Below, one piece after another: positions 37,761-49,864 of a stretch of 64,000 nt of DNA. The DNA comes from Mustelus asterias (lineage: Eukaryota): positions 55,552,001 through 55,616,000 of the forward strand of contig NC_135808.1 of the NCBI RefSeq assembly GCF_964213995.1, in the 5' to 3' direction. The notes below the pieces were generated by a model. That model made no database searches. It saw nothing but the letters and a program-made list of their open reading frames with translations, and was not told the origin of the DNA. A program made the translations under genes and the position numbers. The first letter of the stretch is position 1; every line of letters begins with the position of its first letter.

Positions 37761-37949
37761 AGACTTGATTACCTGTAAAGACTCGCATTCCAACCATTAT
37801 TTTGTAAATTGAGTTTGTGTCTTTATATGCCCTGTTTGTGAACAGAACTTCCACTTACCTGATGAAGGAGCACCGTTCCGAAAGCTAGTGGCTTGTGCTA
37901 CCAAATAAACCTGTTGGACTTTAACCTGGTGTTGTGAGACTTCTTACTG
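37761..37949 (+). mobile_element. Penelope-like terminal repeat fragment
   Basis: Ends gctaccaaataaacctgttggactttaacctggtgttgtgagacttcttactg, as in the other copies; carries a hammerhead motif. Confidence 0.8.
37856..37890 (+). ncRNA. Minimal type-I hammerhead ribozyme motif
   Basis: UAC-CUGAUGA-A-GGAGC-ACC-GUUCC-GAAA-GC-UA-GUG: core boxes intact, stem II with one G-U pair, 3-bp stem I. Confidence 0.72.
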
Positions 37950-40699
37950 GGATTGTTGTCAGTGCAGGCTCGATGGGCCGAACAGCCTCTTCTGCACTGT
38001 AGGGTTCTATGATTCTATTAGCACATCATGCAGTGTCAGGTTTTGCTACCAATCCATTGGGAATAATGGTGTGTTTTGGTTTGATTGGAGCAGAAAATAA
38101 TTGGGAAATAGGGAGAAGAGATAAAATAACAAGAAGTTTTCATGCAGGACCATCACAGGTCTTCAGACATTTGAGGGCCTTGGATGTGGAAACTTAACTC
38201 AACCTTTTAGTAATTTTGGGATGCCTCTATGAAGATGATTTAAAATTATTTTTGCAATAATATTCATTTGGTGGAAACAGCATGTAACGCTGCATCAGCT
38301 GTTTGCACTTCCAAGACATGTTTGAGTAGGAAAACTTTCTTTAATATGTACCTAAAGGATTTTTAAACTTGCTTGTGCAAACACACATACACACACTACA
38401 TCCAGAATCGTGGAAAACACATCAGTCACACAAAATTAGAACGTTACCATCAGGTTCAGTAGTACTTCAAGGGTTAGTTAATAGAATACAGACTGTGCGT
38501 TAGCAGGATGTGAGAGATTCAAAGCAAGCTGTATACATTAGTGTAAGAGATTGAGAAAAATATACAAGAGTCAAATGGGATGTTAAATGTTCATAGTACA
38601 AAGTTACCACAGGTAGTTTCTTTCATTCAAGATTGCAGCAGATAAAGTCCACAGAAAAAATGTTCACATTGTAAAAATTAAAAAAAAAGGAAATTACGCT
38701 GGGTACAAAACAGTTCAGTTAAAAAACACTTTTTCAAACAAAATAAAATATTTTAGGTATTAAAAACCTATGGATGTACAATTATTCTACACAATAATAC
38801 TGATGACTACACAGATAGCTCATTCTGTTTTCACACCCAACATGGGTTAACTAGACTAGAGCATTTTAGCAGAACGAATGCTGAAGGAAAATGAAACACA
38901 AAAAAAAGCTAAGAAAGCTCTCCCAAAACTGTTAACTACAATAACTGTAATCTAGCTGGATTTTCTGTATCAAAAGCCCAGCATTACTGGATATAACGTG
39001 TACACTATTTGGTGTAACAAATCTCTTGCTTAAGGCAGTGGTTCCACAGGGCAGTCAGTGCAATTGGGAGTGCACAGTCCATGGAAGTGCAGATCAATTG
39101 TCCAATGCTTCTCAGCTACTCCAGGGTTGCCGCATTGTTCCCATTTAGTCCTAGCGATTAGTGCTGTGTAGTCAGTACTTGAATACGAAGACATTAAGCA
39201 CATCCCTGGATTCAATTCTGGCACAGAAAGAACAAAATGCTGGAACTCTTCCACAAGGTCCTTTCACGAACAGCACATACTTATCAAGCTTGCATCCAGG
39301 TCAATTTTTGAATTATGTCAGAGTTACAGTCACTCAAAAGACATTAAGTTTGCAGGAACCTGTGGAGATAACATTGCAAATTATTAGACAAAACAATTAC
39401 CTGACCGAAGGATTTAAACCCATCATTCCCCATAGCACCAGGATAATAAATCTGCTACTTCAGTAAAGTTCAAGGACATGGATATGTTCCTTTCTCCCAC
39501 AAACTGACGCATATTCTAACCACCATTTAGTATGCTTCAACAACTTAGATTGACAAAACCATTTGAAATCTCAACATTTATATACATATTACACTACTTC
39601 ATACTATTATGGGCACATTTTACCATTTCTTTTTCTTATTCATGCCCTTGGAAAAACACATACCATGGTTGGTGATCTTCAAATTTAGTTTCAAACAAGT
39701 TGGTGTTTTGACAATTAAAAGCAAGATATCTATACTATGAATAGTGTGCGTCAGTTAACTACTGCAATCATAAGAATTACAATGAAAATATGGTAGCTAT
39801 GCCTCAAGTTTGAATTCTATCAAATGCTAATTGAAAAATTTCTGAGACATTTCAGCTGTACAAGAGATACACTATGACACCTGAGCTTTGTCATTGCAAA
39901 TTCCACGTTGAGGCTTAACTTATAAAAGAACTTGTAAAAAATAAAAACTTCCATCTGATAGTGTTCTCAGGACAGCAGAAAGAAAACGTTTCTATCAATA
40001 ACTTCAGCTACTGGATTGATTCTGTGATTTTAAAAGGAATTTTATTTTGTTTTCACTAAGTAGCAGAGCATTACAATCTAAAATATTGGGGGAGGGGAAT
40101 TTTCAATCCCTGTATTTTGCAGGCAAGACACTAGTGGAGGGGGCTGAAAATCCAGTGCAAGTTCCAAAATGGCTTTTATGGCAGCAGAATTTCCCGTTGA
40201 GACTGCCCCTGTCCATTGCCAATGACATATTGGGGTTTCTGCCATGAAAGATCAATAACTTCATTAGCATATATTACCATACATTTGGCAGACCTCTCCA
40301 CTGTATCATCCCCCACCCCTTCTATTTTCTTAGTTTAAAAATACAGCAGGAAAACCTGGGAAGTCAGCTGGCAGGCTGCCCTCTGTCTTCTCCTGCCAGA
40401 GACAACACTTGAAAATCAATCAAAAAATTCGACCCATTGTTCTTGATTTTTAACTAACTTATTGAACATAAGATAATACATGTATCGAAAGCAGGCATCT
40501 TTCTGTCTTGAGAGATTATAGACTGTGTTCGGTTGTGTCACTTCTGGATTGAACATAGTCTATTGTGACTGATGCGTGGCTTCGTGACAAAAAATGGTGC
40601 TAAGGTCGAAGATCAGCCATGATCAAATTGGGTGGCAGAGCAAACCCAAGTGGCCAAATGGCCTACATGTGCTCCTATTTCCAAAATTCATTCCACAGC

Positions 40700-42840
40700 T
40701 GGCATACGTGAATAGCATTGGTCCAAGGTTGACTGATTTTTTTCCCTCTGGTAGGCTCTCTTTTCCACCATCTCCTAGTTTCTCTTCTCGACTTCTTGCA
40801 TGCTCTTTTTGACTGCTTGTCTCCAGGCACTCCATTCCGCAGCAAGGACTTCCCATGCATCAACTTCAATACCAGTATCACAGTATTGCTCGCAAACACC
40901 CTTGTGTTCACAGACTTGGGCAACCTGTTGATCTCATGCAGATAGCAAGCGTGTCACAAAAGCATGTCTTCTGGAATGCAGTCATTATCTTTCAATGCAC
41001 ATGACCTAGCCAACACAGTCGCAGAGGGCAAACAAGCTGAGGATCCCTGCACACTGGCCTACTTCCATATTTGCCATTTTGTCCTGTCTGGAGATTCCCA
41101 ATATTCATCTGAGGCAGCGGAGATGCAAGTTGTTCATCCCTTTTTATTGGTTCGCTTGAGTTGTCCATGTTTTGCGACTTCCAAGGAGTGTGCTGGGCAC
41201 ACAAGACTGGTACATATGGTCCACACTTACCTTCTTAATTTTGACATGACAGCTGTGACCTTGACAATCCAAGTGCTGACTTTGGCATTAAGAGACAGAT
41301 TGCTGTTGATGTTGATCCAAGCTGTGTGAAGCTGGTGAGGACCTCCAGGGTGAGGTTCTTGATGTTGATAGAACATGGAGTTACTATGTCCTGGCACATA
41401 ACTTTGGTCTTCCTGAAACTGATTGCCAGTCCAAACTCATGCAAGACTGCTAGAACCTACCTACAAACCGCTGCAAGTGAACTTCAGTATGGGATGCCAG
41501 CACATTAGCAAACAAAAAATTACGGACCAAGGCTTATGCACTTTGGTTTTGGTGTGCAGTCTTGCCAACTTGAACAGCTTGCTGTCAACTCTGACATGCC
41601 GATAGGTACCCTCATTTGAGTTGCCAGATGCGTACATTAGCAGCGTGGAAAAGAATATGACAAAGAGAGTTGGTGCGAGGATGCAGCCTTGCTTTGTCAT
41701 TTTGTGGATCTTAAAAGTGATTTTGCTCCAGTGTAACTAATGGAACTGTATATGTCCGCTGAGAAGGAAGAAATGACAGTCAACAGTCCAACAGGGAAGC
41801 CTATTTTTCGCAACAGTTTGAAGATTCTGTGGTTACTGATGAGACTGAAGGTCTTGGTGAGGTCTATGAAGGCAATGTTGTGTGGTCTGCACTGTTAACA
41901 GCATTTATGTAACTGCCAAAGTGAGCAAATATGTCAACTGTTGATCTGCCAACTTTGAAGTCACACTGAAACTCAGGATAGATATGTGATACCATCTAAT
42001 GAGAGCAATGTGAGCAAAGACTTCTACCACAATACTAAGCAACAAAACATCTCTGTAATTGTTGCAGTCTCTGTGATCGGTGTACAGGATGAGCATGTCT
42101 GCATCACTTGTGTTTTGAGACACAGATCCTTCCTTCCAACAAAGACACAAAGGTTCATGGAGATACTGCAGCAGTATCAGTTTTCCAGTTCAGATGATTT
42201 TAGGTGGAATGCCATCCTTTCCTGGGGCTTTACCACTGGCAAGACAGTCAATAGCCTTGCTGAATTGTACAGTGATGGGTTCACTGTCCAACTGTTCATG
42301 ACAAGAAAATCTGGAATGATGCTGTGGGATTCTTTAATGATAACATTTTTTGTTGCATGGAATTCGAGGTAATGCTTTATCCACCTTTCCATCTGCTTGT
42401 TAGTTCAGTGATGATCACCCCTGTCTCTATCTTCATGGGAGCTGATTTGGGCCTGTTGCTTTCTTAACTCCTTCATACATCCCTCTGGCATGCCCAGATT
42501 TAGCAACAGAAATATGCTGTTGCAGCATTTTAACCAAAATTGATTGGCACAATACTGAGCAGTCTGCTGAGGCTTGACTCTGGCAGCTGAGAGCATTTAG
42601 CTTTCGTTTGCTGGAGATTTGTTTGTAGTTCACGATGGCTCTCCTCTTGGTTGCAGCAACACGGTCCATTTCAGTCCAATAAGGCTCAAATGAGTCAACA
42701 TTTCCATGTTGTTTCTTTCCCATGTGCAGTGAGTGCAGAATGAGAGATGGTGACAAGATGATGATCCCATTTTGGCAATGAGCTCTGGAATTGGGCATTA
42801 TTGTTTGAAAATGCCCGATTAAGGATCTTAACATATGTAT
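40700..42840 (-). mobile_element. RTE-clade (BovB/RTE-1-like) LINE, decayed
   Basis: DCNNYRDVLLLSIV, AFIDLTK, KQGCILAPTLF..FFS, RVDSKLFKLARLHTKTKV, FGLAISFRKTKVM. Confidence 0.85.
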
Positions 42841-43960
42841 TGTTATGTCCAATAAAGGCATGTCATATTCATAACTATGGACTATATTATTTTAAAATGG
42901 GCATCAAAAAGCTGCTGAGATGGCTACTAAGGGTCAGGGGTAATTTATGTAATTTCTGCATCGACTCATAAGTATTTAAAGTCTCCAGAAAAATCTTAAC
43001 TAAATGGGCATGGGTGGAGTGGCTCCCTAGAATTAACATACCAAGATTTTTTTAAAAATGTATGGAATTCATACCTCCCACTGTTTGTGGAATTATCCAA
43101 AACTCTATCAATGGACTCTGAAACCCACTGTTTCTGAGCCTGATACTTAAGAGGAGATAGTTGCAGAAACCAGTCATCCATATGTATATATGAATGGCCA
43201 ACATCCATCTCCCAATTGCATAGGAATTGTCTTGAACTTTAAATCGTTCTGGGAGGACAACTGATCAGTTGGTCACATGACAGAAACTGGCCACAGATCA
43301 CAAATCTGATTATCCTGGGACAGAGAGAAACCAGTCTGTAGAAAACACAGCACGAGACAGTAGCAAAGGCAGCAATATCCATGCTTCAAAACTTTAGACT
43401 GCAACATTGTAAGGTTTCCCGACCTGTTCCCTTTCAAGTTGACCAGTACAGAAACATGATCTCTTAGTTACTTGTGGGTTTTTTAATACTAGCTTTGTGA
43501 CCTGCTAAAAATATATCTTGGAGGGAATCCTTAAATAATCCTGATCTATGATTCTGCTATTGAATCCATTGAAGTTGCTCTTCAAGAATGAAGACACCTT
43601 CTTCACTGAGTTTTGAATGGATATTTCTGTCTAAGATGAACCAAACATGTGAATTACAAACTATTCTTTTATTTATAACTTGTAAAAGTGCACCATTCTG
43701 TTTAACTATATTTTTTCTTGTGTGTGTTTTGTCGGTGTGTGAGTGTCAAGTGAGTGGCATAGGATGGAACTTTTGGGATGAATGCATTAATAAATTATCT
43801 TCTTTATTTAAATTCACAAAAGATTGCTGCTTGTTATTCAAATCGACCACATACTTGGAGTTAAAAAGCAAATACATCTTCATTTTCAAAAATATACTGA
43901 TTACAGGCAGTATGCTCAAAGAAAATGGGGTTTCATTCTCTCTCATCCCTGTCAGTAACA
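42841..43960 (+). mobile_element. Probable ~1.1-kb solo LTR
   Basis: TGTTA...TAACA termini, flanks GTAT/GCAT (4-bp TSD with 1 mismatch), internal AATAAA near 43790. The 3' end is similar in style to the 17003 LTR. Confidence 0.5.
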
Positions 43961-44423
43961 GCATTGTGATATATTTACAGTAGATATCATACCAACTCCT
44001 CAAATGGAAAACACAATGTCATAATCTAAAAGTGAAAACGTCATTGACAACTTTTGTATAGGCTTAATTATCTTGATGTTCTATTAAGACTAACCTACCT
44101 TTTTTAAGGTTCCAAGTGACTTGACTTTAAAGTAACAACTTCATCAAATATCCCTGAGTACATGCTGTGGTTTCATGGTGTCGATTAGTTTACAAATAAT
44201 TGGCCATCACATATAGATGTACAGATCACACAGTATGTGCTTGCTTGGGTCCAGCTTATCTTTTCCTACCAGTTTATTAAAACTGTGCTGTGGCCCTTCC
44301 AGGGACAATACACCTTTCTAGAGATTCTCAAATCCGAACATTATAGTTCAGATGGGATCACACGAAGGCTAGAACCAAATGAAGCATAGCTTGCTCACTT
44401 GAATGTCAACGCACTTGGGATAA

Positions 44424-44680
44424 ACAACAACTTGCACTTATACAGCACCTTTAATGTAGTATAACATCCCAAGGTAATTTATAAGAGTGTAATCAAACAA
44501 AATTTGACATCAAACCATTTAAGATATTAAATCAGGTGACCAAAAGCTTGGTTAGAAAGGCATAGTTTAAAAGAAGAGAGGAACATTAAGGGATGTTTTA
44601 AATGAAGAGAGAGGTAAAAATGTAGTTCGGAGATAGAGGGAAGGAATTTCAGAACTTGAGCCTAGGAAGCTGAACACATT
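44424..44680 (-). mobile_element. L2-type LINE 3' end
   Basis: aacaacaacttgcacttatacagcacctttaatgtag...catcccaagg terminal motif. Confidence 0.65.
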
Positions 44681-44799
44681 AGTCTTTTGATCATCAAGTG
44701 CAAAGAACTTTCCATCAAACTAAAATATGGCAGAAATACAGGATTTTTTTGTCACAGGAGCTTTATGTCAGCAATATTTCTTAACATTTCATGTTTAAA

Positions 44800-45095
44800 T
44801 GAAATCTGGTTGCTACTTGTTTCCCTAATTTTTCTCCTGGCTGAGGAACTCAGGAACCAAGAGTTTGTTACAACCTTAGAATATAGGGTCAGCCATTTAG
44901 CGCTGAATTTTTGGAATTTTCCACCCGAGATCTGTAGATGCTCAGCTGTTGAGTATATCCAGGGCAGAAGTTGATAGATTTTTGGGACAGTGTGGAAAGG
45001 TGGAATGAAGGTATAAGTTCAGCTATGATCTTACTGAATGGTGCAGCAGGTCTGCAAGGCTGAAAGACTTACATCTGCTTGTATTTTTTATTTTT
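44800..45095 (+). mobile_element. Old CR1 3' tail
   Basis: cagctatgatcttactgaatggtgcagcagg resembles 51630-51670. Confidence 0.55.
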
Positions 45096-45533
45096 CTAAA
45101 GAATCTGGATAGCATATGAAATAGACCAAAAGTAGAGATTTTGCTCAACAGGAGGGCGAGGAAAAATCAATGTTGATAAACTTGAAATAAAAAAATGTTT
45201 TTTTGGTAAATAAATATTTTGTATATTATAAATGCAAGTCCACAGGGGAGAAGGATAGGAAACCTACAGCTAACTTTGCTTAAAGAATATATTTGCCAAT
45301 GAGTTACATACTTTTGTAGCCATTCACCTCCTTGGAGCATTGGGGAGAAAAGTTCCAATCCACATAAAAAAACCAATATAGCTCTGCCAAATAACATGAT
45401 AGGGAATCTATGTTAAATTTAAATCTGTGTTAAATTACTGGTTATTAGTTGCATTCAGATTGAGATACTAAGCAGAGATATTAAAAAGTTTAAAAATTAA
45501 AAAAAAAACAAATTCAAAACTAATTAAATAAGG

Positions 45534-46470
45534 ATGGAGGGTCAGGTGCTGTGTTGTTCCTGCATGATGTGGGACCCCATTTGGTTCCCAGTGACCACGT
45601 CTGTAGTAAATGTTGGTTGCTTGAGGAACTCCGGCTCAGAGTTGATGAGCTGGATTCTGAGCTCCGAACACTGCAACATATCAGGGAGGGGAAGGATTAC
45701 CTGGACACTGTGTTTCAGGAGGCAGTCACACTCCTTAGACTAACTAACTTGAATTTGGCCAGTGGTCAGGGATAGGAGGGTATGGCTGCGTGCGAGGCAG
45801 GTAGGAAGAACCAGGAGGTAGGATTGCAGGAGCCTCAGCCCTTGTCCTTGTTTAACAGGTTCAAGATTCTAGCTCCCTTTGTGGACGGGAAAGGGGACTA
45901 CAGGAAGCATGAGCCAACTGACCGCAACACCGTGGTGCAGGGAGCCATTCAAGTGGGGGGAGAAAAAGGAAATGTAGTTGTAATTGGGGATAGTATAGTT
46001 AGGGGCATAGACACTGTTCTCTGTGACCAGGATCGAGAATCCCGAAGGTTGTGTTGCCTACCTGGTGCTCGGGTCTCATCTGGGCTGCAGAGAAGCTTGA
46101 AATGGGAGAGTGGACCAGTGGTCGTGGTCCACATAGGTACCAACGACATAGATAAAACAAGGGCAGAGGTTTTGCTAAGGGAGTATGAACAGCTAGGAGC
46201 TAAATTAAAAAGCAGAACCAAAAAGGTAATAATCTCTGGATTACTACCTGAGCCACGAGCTAATTGGCACAGGGTCAATAAGATTAAGCAGGTAAATGCA
46301 TGGCTTAAAGATTGGTGTTGGAGAAATGGGTTTGAATTCATGGGACATTGGCACCAGTACTGGGGAAGAAGGGACCTGTTCTGATGGAAACGTCTTCATC
46401 TGAATTATACTAGGACCAGAGTCCTAGTGAATCGCATAACTAGGGCTGTAGATAGGGCTTTAAACTGAAT
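45534..46470 (+). pseudogene. CR1 ORF1 (zinc-finger/coiled coil plus SGNH esterase), disrupted, ORF2 missing
   Basis: CCSC...CSKC..LEELRLRVDELDSEL; VIGDSIVR, CLPGA, VHIGTND, IISGLLP, GFEFMGHW. Confidence 0.88.
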
Positions 46471-46809
46471 GGAGGGTTCAGTTGTAGGGGAAATTAGAAA
46501 ATCCAAATTAAAGGAGGAGGTAAGAGTGCAGGTTAGCGACGTGGCGGATAGTTACCAGACAATAAAACGGTGAGTGCTGTCTGACTGAGAGGAGTGCTTT
46601 TGGAGTTGGATGAACACAGGGAGTTATAAGGAGCTAAGTAGTCATTAAACTTGCTTTCAGGGTGATCTTAATTAGTTCTTATTTGGAAAGTTAAAAGCTG
46701 CACTTTAGTGCATTCCTGCAACAGGAATCAGCTGAGTCAGCTCTCAACTGAACTTGGCTGGTTGTTTGTACAACTAGTTAAAACCAGTTCCAGGGCCTTG
46801 CAAGTTGTG

Positions 46810-46819
46810 CCTATAAAAA
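46810..46819 (+). promoter_or_regulatory. TATA-like box in the putative CR1 5' UTR
   Basis: CCTATAAAAA lies between two ~60-bp direct repeats (46566-46626, 46848-46906). Confidence 0.35.
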
Positions 46820-46935
46820 CAGAGGCCTCAGAATACTGCTCTGCCTGAACGGTGAGTGCTGTCTGACTGAGAGGAGCGCTTTTGGAGTTGGATGAACACG
46901 GAGTTAGGTGAAACAGGCAGCAGAGGCTACAAGCT

Positions 46936-47566
46936 GTGGATAGAGCTGTGAAGAAGGCCTATGGTGTGTTAGCTTTTATTAACAGGGGGTTGGAGTTTAA
47001 GAGCCGTGGGGTTATGCTGCAACTGTACAGGACCTTGGTGAGACCACATTTGGAATATTGTGTGCAGTTCTGGTCACCTCACTATAAGAAGGATGTGGAA
47101 GCGCTGGAAAGAGTGCAGAGGAGATTTACCAGGATGCTGCCTGGTTTGGAGGGTAGGTCTTATGAGGAAAGGTTGGGGGAGCTAGGGCTGTTCTCTCTGG
47201 AGCGGAGGAGGCTGAGGGGAGACTTAATAGAGGTTTATAAAATGATGAAGGGGATAGATAGAGTGAACGTTCAAAGACTTTCCTTGGGTGGATGGAGCTA
47301 TTACAAGGGGGCATAACTATAGGGTTCGTGGTGGGAGATATAGGAAGGATATCAGAGGTAGGTTCTTTACGCAGAGAGTGGTTGGGGTGTGGCCTGCAGT
47401 GATAGTGGAGTCAGACACTTTAGGAACATTTAAGTGGTTATTGGATAGGCACATGGAGCACACCAGGATGATAGGGAGTGGGATAGCTTGATCTTGGTTT
47501 CAGATAAAGCTTGGCACAACATCGTGGGCCGAAGGGCCTGTTCTGTGCTGTACTGTTCTATGTTCT
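46936..47566 (+). mobile_element. Young CR1 3' fragment inserted in the 5' UTR of the larger CR1
   Basis: DRAVKKAYGVLAFINRG...RPHLEYCVQFWSP; nearly identical to the reverse complement of 56240-56870. Confidence 0.92.
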
Positions 47567-48676
47567 AAGCGAGAGTGCTGATTGGTAAGTATTTTTTCTT
47601 TTTGCTCTTGGCATTGTAACTGTTGTACACTATTATAGTATTTCTGTGGTTTATGGGTTGAAAAGGTTATACTCGGTAGTAACAAGGAGCAGGAAAGAAG
47701 GGTCCTAGAAAATTGTATTTATCTGAAACAAAACATATTTCAAGGGGTAAGACATGACAGGAGAGCTCCAAGCTGTGGTTTGCTCCTTTTGCTCCATGTG
47801 GCAGGTTGGGGACAGTTCCAGTCCCCTGGGTCAGCATGTGTGTGGGAAGTGTCTCCAGCTACAGCTCCTGGAAGCTCAAGTTTCAGAGCTGGAGCGGTGG
47901 CTGGAGACACTATGGAGCATCTGCGAGTCAGAGTTTTGTGGATAGCACACAGAGTTGGTCACAATGCAGGCTCAGACTCTGCAGGCAGGAAGAGAATGGG
48001 TGACTACCAGACAGAGGAAGAGAGTGCAGGAATCTGCTGTGACCATTCCCCTGCAAAACAGATATACCGCTTTGGATACTGTTGAGGGGAATGACCTCTC
48101 TAGGGAAAGCAGCAACAGCCACTCATTGCACCACGGTTGATTCTGCTGCAGAGGGGAGGGGTAAAAAGTGTGTCAGTGCAATAGTGATAGGGGATTCAAT
48201 TGTAAGGGGACTAGACAGGTGTTTCTGTGGCCACAAACGAGACTCCAGGATGGTATGTTGCCTCCCTGGTGCTAGGGTCAAGGATGTCTCCGAGCGGCTG
48301 CAGGACATTCTGAAGGGGGAGGGTGAACAGCCAGTGGTTGTAGCACACGTTGGTACAAATGACATCGGTAAAAAAAGGGATTAGGTCCTAAAAGCAGAAT
48401 ACAGGGAGCTAGGAAGAAAGTTAAGAAATTGGACCTCAAAGGTAGTGATCTCACGATTACTACCAGTACCACATGCTAGTCAGAGTAGAAATGAGAGGAT
48501 ATATCGGATAAATATGTGGCTGAAGAGATGGTGTCAGGGGGAGGGTTTCAGATTCCTGGGGGAGATGGGACCTGTACAAATTGGACGGGTTACACCTGGG
48601 CAGGACTGGAACTGATGTCCGAGGGGGAGTGTTTGCTAGAGCAGTTGGGGAGGATTTAAGCTAATATGTCAGGGGG

Positions 48677-49864
48677 ATGGGAACCTATGTAAGGAGTCCG
48701 AGAAGGAGGGAGCAAGGACAAAATGTGGGGAGAAGGTTCCAACTACATCTAAAATCAGAAAAAGTTAAAAGGAAGGAGAACTCTGGAGATGTTATTAATG
48801 GAAGTGTTAGAATTCAAAAAGAAGGTACAAAAACTAGCTTAAGGGCACTTTATCTGAATGCTTGTAGCATTCGAAATAAGGTAAATGAGTTGACAGCACA
48901 AATCATTGCAAACAAGTATGATTTGGTGGCCATTACAGAGACATGGTTGCAGGATGGTCATGACCGGGAGCTGAATATCCAGGGGTATCAAACTGTTTGG
49001 AGGGACCGACAGGAAGGAAAGGGAGGTGGTTTAGCTCTGATATTTAAGGATGATATCAGGGCGGTAGTGAGAGATGATATAGGTTCTATGGAAAAAAAGG
49101 TTGAATCCATTTGGGTGGAAATTAGAAATAGTCAGGAGAAAAAGTCACTGATGGGTGTAGTCTATAGGCCACCAAATAATGACATCATGGTGGGGCGAGA
49201 AATAAACAAAGAAATAACTGATGCATGTAAAAATGGTACAGCAATTATCATGGGGGATTTTAATCTACATATCAATTGGTCAAACCAGATCGGTCAAGGC
49301 AGCCTTGAGGAAGAGTTCATAGAATGTATCCACGATAGCTTCCTTGAACAGTATGTAATGGAACCGACAAGGGAGCAAGCTATCCTAGATCTGGTCCTGT
49401 GTAATGAGACGGGAATAATTAATAACCTTGCAGTTAGGGATCCTCTTGGAAGAAGTGATCACAGTATGGTTGAATTTAAAATACAGATGGAGCGTGAGAT
49501 GGTAAAATCCAATACCAGTGGCTTGTGCTTAAACAAAGACTATAAAGGGATGAGGGAGGAGTTGGCTAAGGTAGACTGGGAGCAAAAACTTTATGGTGGG
49601 ACAATTGAGGAACAGTGGAGGACTTCCAAAGCGATCTTTCACAGTGCTCAGCAAAAGTATATACCAGTGATAATGAAGGACTGCAGAAAAAGAGATAATC
49701 AGCCATGGATATCTAAGGAAATAAAGGAGGGTATCAAATTGAAAGAGAAGGCTTACAAAGTGGCAAAGATTAGTGGGAACCTAGAGGATTGGGAAGTCTT
49801 TAAAGGTCAGCAGAAAGCCACGAAAAAAGCTATAAAGGCAAGATGGATTATGAGAGTAAACTAG
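48677..49864 (+). pseudogene. CR1 ORF2 apurinic-type endonuclease domain (longest open segment, 395 aa)
   Basis: Exonuclease-endonuclease-phosphatase motifs are intact; a frameshift separates it from the RT. Confidence 0.9.

Larger units (their letters stand above)
37514..38017 (+). mobile_element. HE1/V-SINE-like SINE interrupted by a Penelope-like repeat
   Basis: tRNA-like head and V-core; the tail resumes at 37950 after the insert. Confidence 0.85.

Noticed and set aside
45782-46384. Host or horizontally acquired GDSL/SGNH lipase gene
   Set aside because: Its context and similarity to ORF1 of the adjacent CR1 identify it as LINE ORF1.
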